DNA of 43,209 bases, from positions 1 to 43,209 of the forward strand of contig VBKQ01000008.1 of the NCBI GenBank assembly GCA_005879505.1, read 5' to 3'. Within the stretch, counting starts at the first letter, position 1. Each line of letters begins with the position of its first letter. The position numbers and the translations under genes are program-made. The stretch is from Deltaproteobacteria bacterium (lineage in GTDB: Bacteria; Myxococcota; Myxococcia; Myxococcales; 40CM-4-68-19). Positions 27,236 to 36,227 of the stretch are shown here, piece after piece. The notes beneath the pieces were generated by a model. The model did not search any database and was not told the origin of the DNA. It saw nothing but the letters and a program-made list of their open reading frames with translations.

Positions 27236-28972
27236 ATGTCCTGCGTGCGCCTCGATCCGCATAGCTACGCCGACAGCGACCAACCGCAGACGCGCGCCAT
27301 CGACCTGGCGCTGCGCGCCGATTTCCAGCACCGCACGCTCGAGGGCGAGGTCACGCTGCGCTTCGGCGAGCCCGGCGGCGGGGCGATCGACCTCGACACC
27401 AGGGAGCTGCGCATCGAGGCGGTGACGGCGCTCGAGGGCGCGCCATTGCGCTACGAGCTCGCGGCGGGCGATCCGATCCTCGGAGCGCGGCTGCGCGTGA
27501 ACCTGCCGGACGGCGCGCGCGGGTTGCGCATCCGGTACGCCACCTCTCCCACGGCGAGCGCGCTGCAATGGCTCGAGCCGCCGCAGACGGCCGGCAAGGA
27601 GCCCTTCCTCTTCTCGCAATGCCAACCCATCCACGCGCGTTCCCTGGCACCGCTGCAGGACACGCCGCGCATCCGGATCACGGTAGGCCGCGCCCGGTTC
27701 AAGGTGCCTTCGCGGCTGCGAACGCTGATGGCGGCGGCTGCCAAGGGCCGCGAGGATGCCGGCAGCGGCGAGGCGGTGGACGTCTTCGAGATGCCTCAGC
27801 CGATTCCATCCTACCTGCTCGCCTTCGCGGTCGGCGACCTGCAGCAGCGGGAGCTTTCGGCCCGGACCGCCGTCTGGGCGGAGCGCGCCGTCGTGGACGC
27901 GGCGGCATACGAGTTCGCCGGGGCCGAGGAGATGATTCGCGCCGCGGAGCAGCTGTTCGGTCCCTACGAGTGGGACCGCTACGACATCCTGGTGATGCCG
28001 CCGAGCTTTCCCTACGGCGGCATGGAGAACCCGCGGCTCACCTTCGTGACCCCTTCGGTCCTCGCAGGCGACCGGTCGCTGGTGAGCGTGATCGCGCACG
28101 AAGCTGCGCACGCCTGGACGGGCAATCTCGTCACCAACGCGAATGCCAACCACTTCTGGCTGAACGAGGGTTTCACGGTATATGCCGAGCGACGGATCCT
28201 CGAGGCGCTCGAAGGTCGCGAAACGTCAGAGCTGCACGCCGCGGCCGGGCGGCACGACCTTCAGGTAACGTTGGAGCGCTTCGCCAACCGCCCTCAGCTC
28301 ACACACCTGCGCACCGATCTACGCGGGATCGATCCGGACGAAGCGTATTCGTCGGTTCCCTACGAGAAGGGATACCTGCTGCTGCGCAAGCTGGAGGAGA
28401 CGGCGGGACGCCCGGCCTGGGACGTCTTCCTGCGCTCCTACCTCGGGCGATTCCGGTTCCAGAGCATCACCACGGATCAGTTCCTCGGATTCCTCGAGGC
28501 GGAGCTTCCCGGAGTCGCCGCGCAGGCGGGGGCGTTGGAGTACATCGACGGGCCCGGAGTGCCCGAGGGTGCGCCCCAGTCGCGCTCCGCGCGTCTCGAG
28601 CAGCTCCGCCGCGGCGAGGTCGAGCCGCGCAACCCGACCGAGCTGCTCGTCGTCCTCCAGTCGGCGCCGGCCGATCCGGCGAAGTTGCGCGAGCTCGACG
28701 CCAGATGGGGTCTGTCGCAGCGGCGCAGCCTCGAGCTGCGGCACAACTTCGTGCTCCTGCAGATCCGCGCCGGCATGCCCGAAGCAGTGGAGGCAGCCCG
28801 CCGGGTCCTGCTGGAGACCGGCCGCATGCGGTACCTGCGGCCCATCTATACCGCGCTCGCCCGCCGCGATCCGGCGGCGGCGCGGCGCATCTATGGAGAG
28901 GCGCGCGCCGGGTACCACAACATCGCGCGCACCGTCGTCGAATCGATCCTGGACGAGCAGAGCGACAAGTAG
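27236..28972 (+). CDS. M1-family zinc aminopeptidase (leukotriene A4 hydrolase-like)
   Basis: Contains the GGMENP exopeptidase motif and HEAAHAWTGNLVTN..WLNEGFTVYAE (HExxH-X18-E). Confidence 0.9.
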   Translation: MSCVRLDPHSYADSDQPQTRAIDLALRADFQHRTLEGEVTLRFGEPGGGAIDLDTRELRIEAVTALEGAPLRYELAAGDPILGARLRVNLPDGARGLRIRYATSPTASALQWLEPPQTAGKEPFLFSQCQPIHARSLAPLQDTPRIRITVGRARFKVPSRLRTLMAAAAKGREDAGSGEAVDVFEMPQPIPSYLLAFAVGDLQQRELSARTAVWAERAVVDAAAYEFAGAEEMIRAAEQLFGPYEWDRYDILVMPPSFPYGGMENPRLTFVTPSVLAGDRSLVSVIAHEAAHAWTGNLVTNANANHFWLNEGFTVYAERRILEALEGRETSELHAAAGRHDLQVTLERFANRPQLTHLRTDLRGIDPDEAYSSVPYEKGYLLLRKLEETAGRPAWDVFLRSYLGRFRFQSITTDQFLGFLEAELPGVAAQAGALEYIDGPGVPEGAPQSRSARLEQLRRGEVEPRNPTELLVVLQSAPADPAKLRELDARWGLSQRRSLELRHNFVLLQIRAGMPEAVEAARRVLLETGRMRYLRPIYTALARRDPAAARRIYGEARAGYHNIARTVVESILDEQSDK

Positions 28973-29093
28973 GCTCGCTCTTCGAAGTCGTACACTGGAC
29001 TACAGAATGTGGCGTCGCCCACCTAGCCGCAGGGGGTAGGACACCACTGAACCACTAGATATCAGGCTGATTTTTTGTTCAGGCGGAGGTTGC

Positions 29094-29122
29094 TTGACAG
29101 GCCGCTGGACCTGGTCGAGTCT
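29094..29122 (+). promoter_or_regulatory. Candidate dcw (Pmra-like) promoter
   Basis: A perfect TTGACA at 29094-29099, a 17-nt spacer, then a weak GAGTCT at 29117-29122. It sits in the lowest-GC stretch of the window, directly upstream of the MraZ boxes. Confidence 0.45.
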
Positions 29123-29129
29123 GCGCCGG

Positions 29130-29153
29130 GTGGATCGAAGTGGCATGAAGTGG
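29130..29153 (+). promoter_or_regulatory. MraZ operator: three direct GTGG repeats with exact 10-bp phasing
   Basis: GTGGA occurs at 29130, GTGGC at 29140 and GTGGA at 29150 (gGTGGAtcgaaGTGGCatgaaGTGGAatg). This matches the known GTGGG-type triple repeat with 10-bp periodicity that MraZ binds. Confidence 0.6.
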
Positions 29154-29184
29154 AATGCCGCTGCGAGGAGAGGGATCGCGCGCG

Positions 29185-29634
29185 ATGTTTTCCGGCGTCT
29201 TCCAGCACTCCATCGACGCCAAGGGGCGCACCAGCCTCCCCGCGCGCTTTCGCGAGCTGCTCGCCGCCCAGGGCGCGGACAAGCTCTTCATCACGCCAGA
29301 CCTGATCGATCCCTGTCTCGTCGCTTTCGCTCCCTCGGCCTGGCAGCAGCTGGCGGAGAAGGTCGCCGCGAAGTCGATGTTCGATCGGGACATCCGCCTG
29401 CTCTCGCGCGCCTTCATCGCACCCGCCCAGGAATGCCCGGTCGACAAGCTGGGCCGGATCCTCATCCCGCCCAGTCTGCGTGAGCACGTCGGCCTGGTCG
29501 AGGAAATCACCTGGGCGGGCACGGTGGAGCGGATCGAGATCTGGACGCCGCAGGGATGGGCCGAGGTCCAGAAGGCGGCGCGCGCGCAAGAGACGCCGCA
29601 GGACCTGGCGAGGCGGCTGAGCGAGCTTCTGTAG
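29185..29634 (+). CDS. mraZ: Transcriptional regulator MraZ
   Basis: Contains [24 protein letters not shown] and a second [15 protein letters not shown] half-domain. Confidence 0.92.
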   Translation: MFSGVFQHSIDAKGRTSLPARFRELLAAQGADKLFITPDLIDPCLVAFAPSAWQQLAEKVAAKSMFDRDIRLLSRAFIAPAQECPVDKLGRILIPPSLREHVGLVEEITWAGTVERIEIWTPQGWAEVQKAARAQETPQDLARRLSELL

Positions 29635-29651
29635 ACGAGAGGGCATCGACG

Positions 29652-30062
29652 ATGGCGGACAAGTCTTTGCGAAACGGTGCAGTCCTGGCGCTCAAGCCGG
29701 CAGCGGTCCAACGGGTCGCGCGCTGGGAGGAGAGCGTCGCGACGGTGACGGTGCGCGGCGAGCTCGATCGCGAGGCGCTCTGGGCCATCGACTATTCCGT
29801 CGTGCGCGCCGCGGCGGAAGCGGGCCGCATCGTCCTCGATCTGCGCGAGGTCAGCCACCTCGACGGCTCGGCCGTGCCGGAGATCGTCGCGCGCCGGCGG
29901 GAGCTGCTCGCCCGCGGCGGCGATCTGGTGATCGCGGTGCGCAACCCCTACATCGCGAAGATCCTCAAGGCCGCCGGAGGACCCGATCTCGCCTTGGTCC
30001 GCTCGGTGGAGGAGGAGGCCGTCGCGGCTCCGGCCGCGCGGCTGCGTGCCCTGCGCAAATGA
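29652..30062 (+). CDS. STAS-domain protein (anti-sigma-factor-antagonist-like)
   Basis: It is 136 aa. [20 protein letters not shown]...[50 protein letters not shown] fits the SpoIIAA/STAS pattern. Its TGA overlaps the rsmH ATG (ATGA at 30059-30062). Confidence 0.65.
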   Translation: MADKSLRNGAVLALKPAAVQRVARWEESVATVTVRGELDREALWAIDYSVVRAAAEAGRIVLDLREVSHLDGSAVPEIVARRRELLARGGDLVIAVRNPYIAKILKAAGGPDLALVRSVEEEAVAAPAARLRALRK

Positions 30063-30877
30063 ACGGATTCGCCCACCAGACCGTGCTGCGCCGCGAAACG
30101 GCCTCGCTGCTCGCCGCCGCTCCCGGGAGGGTCATCCTCGACGGGACCCTGGGCGGCGGCGGGCACGCGCAGGCGCTCCTCGACGCTGGCGCGCGGGTGG
30201 TGGGCCTCGATCAGGATCCGGCGGCGATCGCGGCGGCGCGCGCGCGCCTCTCGGGGCGCGACATCGTCGTTGCGCACGGCAACTTCCGCGATGCCCGCGC
30301 GCTGCTCGATCAGCTCGGTGTCTCCGAGGTGGACGGTGCGCTCGTCGATCTGGGCGTCTCCTCGCCCCAGCTCGACGATCCCTCGCGCGGCTTCTCCTTC
30401 CGCGCAGGTGGACCGCTCGACATGAGGATGGATCCGACGCGGGGACGGCCGCTGCGCGAGCTTCTCGACGAGTGGGACGAGAAGGCGCTGGCGCGGATCC
30501 TCGAGTCGCTCGGCGAGGAGCGGTTTGCCCGTCCAATCGCGCGCGCGATCCACAGAGCGTGGGCCGGCGAGGGGATCGCGGACACGCGCGAGCTGGCGGA
30601 GATCATTTCCGCCGCGATCCCGCGCAAGGCCTGGCCGCGCGACATCCATCCGGCGACCCGCTCGTTCCAGGCGTTGCGGATCGCGGTCAACGACGAGCTG
30701 GGAGCGCTGGGCGACTGGCTGGCGCAGCTTCCCCGGCTGGTGGCGCGCGGTGGCCGCGCGGCGGCGATCTCATTTCATTCGCTGACGAAGAAGCCGGTGG
30801 GCGCCGCGGAGGAGGAGATCTCGGCCAACCCGCGGGCCCGGAGCGCGCGGTTGCGCGCCGTGGAGCGGCTCTCATGA
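30059..30877 (+). CDS. rsmH: 16S rRNA (cytosine1402-N4)-methyltransferase RsmH, with an apparent in-frame internal deletion
   Basis: Contains [32 protein letters not shown] and [18 protein letters not shown]. After ISFHSL (to 30784) the near-universal EDRIVK... segment is absent, and the sequence resumes at [23 protein letters not shown]. Confidence 0.85.
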   Translation: MNGFAHQTVLRRETASLLAAAPGRVILDGTLGGGGHAQALLDAGARVVGLDQDPAAIAAARARLSGRDIVVAHGNFRDARALLDQLGVSEVDGALVDLGVSSPQLDDPSRGFSFRAGGPLDMRMDPTRGRPLRELLDEWDEKALARILESLGEERFARPIARAIHRAWAGEGIADTRELAEIISAAIPRKAWPRDIHPATRSFQALRIAVNDELGALGDWLAQLPRLVARGGRAAAISFHSLTKKPVGAAEEEISANPRARSARLRAVERLS

Positions 30878-31224
30878 GGCATGGGCGCAGCGCCGTCCGG
30901 CGGGGCATCGAGCGCCGGGCCCTGAACGACTTCGCGGCGGTCACGCTCTCGTGCCTCCTGATCGCCGTTGCGATGCTGCTGCACGCGTGGGTCCGCACGC
31001 GCGTGACGGAACGCGGATACGCGCTCGCGCGGCTCTCCGCCGAGTACCGCGAGCTCGCGCGGGAGCACGAAAGGCTCCAGATCGCGGCCGCCGAGCTGAA
31101 GAGCCCGCAGCGGATCGAGGAGCTCGCGCGCACCCGCTTGAACATGGCGCCGCCCCCGGTCGACCGCGTCGTCGTCCTGGTCGGGGGGGCCGTCCGGCCG
31201 TCGGTCCTGACCGCATCGAGGTGA
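30874..31224 (+). CDS. ftsL: Cell division protein FtsL
   Basis: It is a small bitopic protein with one TM helix ([16 protein letters not shown]) followed by a coiled-coil and ...[12 protein letters not shown]. The ATG overlaps the rsmH stop. Confidence 0.8.
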   Translation: MRHGRSAVRRGIERRALNDFAAVTLSCLLIAVAMLLHAWVRTRVTERGYALARLSAEYRELAREHERLQIAAAELKSPQRIEELARTRLNMAPPPVDRVVVLVGGAVRPSVLTASR

Positions 31225-31231
31225 ACCGGTC

Positions 31232-33229
31232 GTGAGGCGCTCCTGCGCACCGCAGCGGGACGGCAAGTGGATGCGCCTTCGCGCCTTCCTGCTCGGGGCC
31301 GCCCTGCTCGCGCTGTTCGGAGTCGTGCTCCTGCGCGCCGCTAAAGTGCAACTCCTCGATCGGTCGCGCCTGGCGAGGCTGCAGCGGGACCAGACCCGCA
31401 GGGAGCTGGAGTGGGTGCCCCGCCGGGGAATGATCGTCGATCGGCGCGGAGAACCGCTGGCGGTGACCCAGGATGTCGACTCGGTATTTGCCGATCCTTC
31501 GGCGTTCGAAACGCCACGCGCGCGCCAGATGGCCGCGGCACGGATCGCGGGCGCGCTGCGCCTCGATCGTGCGAGGGTCCTGGAGAAGCTCTCGCAGCCC
31601 GACCGGCGGTTCGTCTGGATCAAGCGGCGCATCGACGAAGCTTCGGCCCAGCGCGTTCGCGGGCTGGCCATCGACGGAATCGAACTGGCCAAGGAACCGA
31701 AGCGCTTTTATCCCCAGCGCGACCTCGCCGGTCACGTGCTCGGATTCGTGGGAGAAGAGAGCGGACAGGAGGGGCTGGAGCGCGAGCTCGATCAGCATTT
31801 GCGGGGGCGGAGCGTGCAGGTCCAGGCGACGCGAGACGCGCGCGGGACCATGGTCCTCGAGCACGGCGCGCCGGACCCCGCCGATCTGACCGGGGCCACG
31901 GTCACGCTTACACTGGATAGCGCGATCCAGCTCGCTGCCGAGAAGGAGCTGGCCAGGGCCGTGAAAGCCTCCGGCGCGATCGGAGGCTGGGCCGTGGTGC
32001 TCGACGTGAACACGGGCGCCGTGCTCGCGCTCGCGGGGAATCCCGCGTTCGACGCGAACAAGCCAGGACGCGACCCGATGATCTGGCGCGATCGCGCGGT
32101 CCAGGACCAGCTCGAGCCCGGCTCGACCATCAAGAGCTTCGTGCTCGCCCGCGCGCTCGAGGAAGGCGTCGTCCAGCCGGACGAGCTCCTCTATTGCGAG
32201 CACGGCGTCTGGATGCATGCGGGCAGGAAAATCCACGACACGCACCCGGTGGACTGGGCGACGCCGGCGGCGATCCTGCGGGAATCCTCCAACATCTGCG
32301 CGGCGAAAATCGGCGAGAAGTTAGGCAGGCAGAGATTGATCGAGGGCCTGCGCGCGTTCGGGTTCGGCGAAAGGACCGGGGTGGGCCTTCCCGGCGAGGC
32401 CCGCGGGGCGCTGGCGGATCCGCGGCGGATGCCGCAGATCGCCCTCTCGACCACGGCGTTCGGTCAGGGGATGAGCGCCACGGCGATGCAGACGGTAGCG
32501 GCGATGGCCGCCATCGCCAACGGGGGCGTGCTGCTGCGGCCTTTCCTCGTGCAGAAGGTCGTTGCCGCCGATGGGACGACGCTGCTCTCCCGCGGGCGAG
32601 AGGAGGTGCGCCGCGTCCTCAAGGAAGACACCGCGCGCGAGCTGACGGCGATGCTGGAGGAGGTGGTGGAGAAGGGCACCGGCACCCGTGCGGGGCTCCT
32701 CGGCCACCGCGTCGCGGGCAAGACGGGGACGGCGCAGAAGGTCGATCCGATCCGGGGCGGCTACAGCGACAAGCGGCTCGCGAGCTTCCTCGGATTCGCG
32801 CCGGCGGACGCGCCCCGGATCGCGATCCTGGTGGTCATCGACGAGCCCGAAGGAAAGGGCGCGGAAGTGGCGGGCGGGACGGTGGCTGCGCCGGCGTGGG
32901 GCGCCATCGCACACGAGGCCCTGCGCCAGCTCGACGTCATGCCCGACCAGGCGAGAGAGACTGCACCCCTCCTGGTATCGTCAGTGGGCTCCGGCGCCGG
33001 GGACGAGGTCGCGCACGAGCCGGCGGCGGAGCCGCCGATCCAGCCGGGGCGGGCGCGCGTTCCGGACGTCTCCGGCCTCGGCGCGCGCTCGGCGATGCGC
33101 CGGCTTGCGCAGTCGTCGCTGGAGCCGGAGCTCCGCGGCAGCGGCCGGGCAGTCGCGCAGTCCCCGCGCGCCGGGGCCATTGTCAAGCGGGGGGCAAGGG
33201 TGAAGGTCACTCTGGCGCCGCCGGGGTAG
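31232..33229 (+). CDS. ftsI: Peptidoglycan D,D-transpeptidase FtsI (class B PBP) with a C-terminal PASTA domain
   Basis: Contains STIKS, SSN and KTGTA. The C-terminal VPDVSGLGARSAMRRLAQSSLEPELRGSGRAVAQSPRAGAIVKRGARVKVTL is PASTA-like. The start is GTG 31232 or ATG 31271. Confidence 0.9.
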   Translation: MRRSCAPQRDGKWMRLRAFLLGAALLALFGVVLLRAAKVQLLDRSRLARLQRDQTRRELEWVPRRGMIVDRRGEPLAVTQDVDSVFADPSAFETPRARQMAAARIAGALRLDRARVLEKLSQPDRRFVWIKRRIDEASAQRVRGLAIDGIELAKEPKRFYPQRDLAGHVLGFVGEESGQEGLERELDQHLRGRSVQVQATRDARGTMVLEHGAPDPADLTGATVTLTLDSAIQLAAEKELARAVKASGAIGGWAVVLDVNTGAVLALAGNPAFDANKPGRDPMIWRDRAVQDQLEPGSTIKSFVLARALEEGVVQPDELLYCEHGVWMHAGRKIHDTHPVDWATPAAILRESSNICAAKIGEKLGRQRLIEGLRAFGFGERTGVGLPGEARGALADPRRMPQIALSTTAFGQGMSATAMQTVAAMAAIANGGVLLRPFLVQKVVAADGTTLLSRGREEVRRVLKEDTARELTAMLEEVVEKGTGTRAGLLGHRVAGKTGTAQKVDPIRGGYSDKRLASFLGFAPADAPRIAILVVIDEPEGKGAEVAGGTVAAPAWGAIAHEALRQLDVMPDQARETAPLLVSSVGSGAGDEVAHEPAAEPPIQPGRARVPDVSGLGARSAMRRLAQSSLEPELRGSGRAVAQSPRAGAIVKRGARVKVTLAPPG

Positions 33230-33246
33230 CCGTCGTATTCGGGAGG

Positions 33247-34788
33247 ATGGAGACGAGTCCGGGGGTTGGAGGAAGCGTGTTGCTGCAGGATCTGTTCGCG
33301 GGCGTGGACGCCGAGGTGCCGGCCGGAGCGGCGCGGGTGGACGTGCGCGCGCTCGCGGTCGACTCGCGGCGGGTGGGGCCCGGCTCGCTGTTCGCCGCGC
33401 TCGCGGGCCTGAACGCCGACGGCACCGACTTCGCGGTCCAGGCCGTGGAGCAGGGCGCGGCGGCGGTGCTCGCGGGCCGCCCGCTACAGCTGAAGGCGCC
33501 GGTCGTGGTCGCCAGCAATCCGCGCCGCGCCTTCTCGCTCGCCGCCGCCCGCTTTCACGGAGAGCCGTCGCGGCGGCTCTCGCTCTTCGGCGTGACGGGT
33601 ACGAACGGCAAGACGACGACGGCGTACCTGATCGAGCAGATCTCCGCGGCCCGCGGAGTGGCGACGGGCTTGATCGGCACGGTCGAGTCGCGCTGGCCGG
33701 GCGGCCGGATGGCGGCCACGCACACCACGCCGGAATCGCACGAGCTGCAGGAGCTGCTGCGGCGGATGGCGGACGCCGGCGCGCAGGTGGTCGCGATCGA
33801 GGTATCGAGCCACGCCCTCAGCCAGGAGCGCGCCGCGGGCTGCGTCTTCTCCGGCGCGGCATTCACCAACCTGACGCGCGATCACCTCGACTATCACGGC
33901 TCGCTCGATGCGTACTTCGACGCGAAAGCGAAGCTGTTTCGCGAGTTGCTTCCCCGCGGGGTCCCGGCGGTGCTCAACTTCGACGACCCACGCGTCGCCG
34001 CGCTGGCGGGCGAGCTGCCGTTCGCGCTCGGGTTCACCGTTCGTGGAGCTGCCGGCGCGGCTCTGTTTGCGGAGCGGGTGCGCAGCGACCTGCGCGGCGT
34101 GCGCTTCCAACTCCGCACGGCCGCGCCGCTCGATGATGCGCTGGCGGAAGTGGAGAGCCCCCTGATCGGGGCGCACAACGTGGAGAACCTGCTCGCCGCC
34201 ATCGGTGTACTGGCCGGCAGCGGCGTTCCCTTGCGCGACGTGGTGCGCGTGATTCCGGAATGCCCCGGCGCGCCCGGACGCCTGGAACGCGTGCCAGATC
34301 GCGCAGGCCGTGTCGTGCTCGTCGACTACGCGCACACCGACGACGCGCTCGCTCGCGTCCTCGATGCCTTGCGCCAGGCCGCCGCGCCGCGCATCGTCTG
34401 CGTATTCGGCTGCGGGGGCGATCGCGACCGCGGCAAACGTCCGCTGATGGGAGAAGCGGCCGGCGCGCGCGCCGATCTGGTCATCGCGACCAGCGACAAT
34501 CCGCGCACCGAGGACCCGCTGGCGATTCTCGCCGCGATCGAGCCCGGCCTCGTGCGCAGCGGCAAGGCCAGGCTCGATCCCCGTCATGCGCGCATGGGCC
34601 TCGACGGATACTGCGTGGTGCCCGATCGGAGCGAGGCCATCGCGCTCGCCTTGCGTTGCGCCCGGCCCGGCGACGCGGTCCTTCTGGCGGGAAAGGGGCA
34701 CGAGGACTACCAGATCGTCGGAACCGAGAAGCGGCCGTTCGACGATCGGCTGGAGGCCCGCCGCGCCCTCGAGGAGATCTCGCGTTGA
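33247..34788 (+). CDS. murE: UDP-MurNAc-L-Ala-D-Glu--2,6-diaminopimelate ligase
   Basis: Contains GVTGTNGKTTT, TNLTRDHLDYHG, DYAHTDDAL and SDNPRTEDP. An alternative GTG start at 33277 lies after GGAGGA. Confidence 0.92.
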   Translation: METSPGVGGSVLLQDLFAGVDAEVPAGAARVDVRALAVDSRRVGPGSLFAALAGLNADGTDFAVQAVEQGAAAVLAGRPLQLKAPVVVASNPRRAFSLAAARFHGEPSRRLSLFGVTGTNGKTTTAYLIEQISAARGVATGLIGTVESRWPGGRMAATHTTPESHELQELLRRMADAGAQVVAIEVSSHALSQERAAGCVFSGAAFTNLTRDHLDYHGSLDAYFDAKAKLFRELLPRGVPAVLNFDDPRVAALAGELPFALGFTVRGAAGAALFAERVRSDLRGVRFQLRTAAPLDDALAEVESPLIGAHNVENLLAAIGVLAGSGVPLRDVVRVIPECPGAPGRLERVPDRAGRVVLVDYAHTDDALARVLDALRQAAAPRIVCVFGCGGDRDRGKRPLMGEAAGARADLVIATSDNPRTEDPLAILAAIEPGLVRSGKARLDPRHARMGLDGYCVVPDRSEAIALALRCARPGDAVLLAGKGHEDYQIVGTEKRPFDDRLEARRALEEISR

Positions 34789-36227
34789 GCGCGCGCTTCA
34801 CGGCCGAGCAGGTCGCCTGGACCGCGGGAGCGCGGATCGCCGTGCCCGGAGGGCCCTTCAAGGGTGTTTTCACGGATTCGCGAACGCCGGTAAAGCGCGG
34901 GCTCTTCGTGGCGCTGCGCGGGCCGACCTTCGACGGCAGCGACTTCGTCGCCCAGGCGGTGCAGGGCGGCGCTGCGGGCGCGCTGGTGCCCTCCGACGCG
35001 ATCGAAAAGGTGAAGCCGCAGGCGGCGCGCGCCGCGCTCTTGACCGTGCCCGACACCGGACGTGCGCTGGGCAATCTCGCCGCCGGGTGGCGACGCCAGC
35101 TGACCGGGCTCGAGCTCGTCTGCATTACCGGGTCCACCGGAAAGACCAGCACGAAGGAGCTGATCGCGGAGGTGCTCGCGGCCGCGGGTCCCACGCTGAA
35201 GACCGAAGGCAACCTCAACAACGAGGTTGGAGTTCCACTCACGTTGCTGCGCCTGTCGGAGCAGCACCGGTACGCCGCCATCGAATGCGGGATGAACCAC
35301 CTCGGCGAGATCGCGCGGCTCGCGCAATGGTCCGATCCGGACGTCGGGCTGGTCACCAACATCACCCCCGTACACCTCGAGGGATGCGGGTCGATCGAGG
35401 GCGTCGCCCACGCCAAGGGCGAGCTCTTCCATGCGCTGCGCGACACCGCCACCGCCGTGGCGAACTCGGACGACGCCCGCGTGCTCGCGCAGGCCAGGCT
35501 GTCGCGGCGCAAGCTGGTGACCTTCGGCGCTGCGTTCGGCAGCGACGTCCGCCTGATCTCCGCCCATCACGGCGGCCCGGGCCTGCGCGTCGAGCTGGAG
35601 TTCGGCGGCGCGCGGAGGATGGCGGAGCTGAAGCTGATCGGCACGCACAATGGCTACAACGCCGCCGCGGCGGCAGCAGTGGGCGTGGCCCTCGGGCTCG
35701 ACGCGGAGATCATCCTCCGCGGGCTCGCGAATGCCACCACACCGGGCCGGCGGATGCGCCCGGTGCGGATGCCCAACGGCGCGCTGCTCATCGACGATTG
35801 CTACAACGCGAATCCCGCCAGCACCAAGGCGGCGCTGCTCACGCTCACCCACCTGGTGCGCGGAAAGGGACGGGCCATCGCCGTCCTCGGCGACATGCTG
35901 GAGCTCGGCCACACCGAGCTCGATCTGCACCGCGACGTCGGGCGATTCGCCGCGGGCGCGGGGCTCTCGCTGCTGGTCTGTTTCGGGGAGCGTGCCAAGG
36001 CGCTCGGCGAAGGAGCGCAGGAGGCGGGGCTGAAGGCGGAGTCCATCGAGTACAGCGCGGATCCCGCGGAAGCCGTGCGCCTGGTGCAGGCGCGGGTCCG
36101 GCCCGAGGACGTGGTGCTGGTCAAGGGATCGCGCGGGATGAAGATGGAGCGCGTGAGCGACGCGCTCGCCGAGGCAACCGGCTCCGCCGGCGAGGGACAG
36201 AAGGCGAATCCGACGGGAGGGACGTGA
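34785..36227 (+). CDS. murF: UDP-MurNAc-tripeptide--D-Ala-D-Ala ligase
   Basis: The TTG at 34785 overlaps the murE stop (TTGA). The protein contains ITGSTGKTSTKE, NLNNEVGVPLTLL and DDCYNANPAS. Confidence 0.9.
   Translation: MSARFTAEQVAWTAGARIAVPGGPFKGVFTDSRTPVKRGLFVALRGPTFDGSDFVAQAVQGGAAGALVPSDAIEKVKPQAARAALLTVPDTGRALGNLAAGWRRQLTGLELVCITGSTGKTSTKELIAEVLAAAGPTLKTEGNLNNEVGVPLTLLRLSEQHRYAAIECGMNHLGEIARLAQWSDPDVGLVTNITPVHLEGCGSIEGVAHAKGELFHALRDTATAVANSDDARVLAQARLSRRKLVTFGAAFGSDVRLISAHHGGPGLRVELEFGGARRMAELKLIGTHNGYNAAAAAAVGVALGLDAEIILRGLANATTPGRRMRPVRMPNGALLIDDCYNANPASTKAALLTLTHLVRGKGRAIAVLGDMLELGHTELDLHRDVGRFAAGAGLSLLVCFGERAKALGEGAQEAGLKAESIEYSADPAEAVRLVQARVRPEDVVLVKGSRGMKMERVSDALAEATGSAGEGQKANPTGGT

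Noticed and set aside
29041-29062. A tRNA-like D-arm word on the minus strand (TAGTGGTTCAGTGGTGTCC) in the low-GC region upstream of mraZ.
   Set aside because: I could not build an acceptor stem, anticodon arm or T-arm around it (there is no GTTCRANYC-type T-loop with complementary flanks). It is more likely part of the dcw regulatory region, as ACCACT direct repeats.
29071-29076. The T6 run after CAGGCTG as an intrinsic terminator for the M1 peptidase gene.
   Set aside because: The preceding stem is only 3-4 bp (CAG-G-CTG), too weak for a convincing Rho-independent terminator. It is left unannotated.
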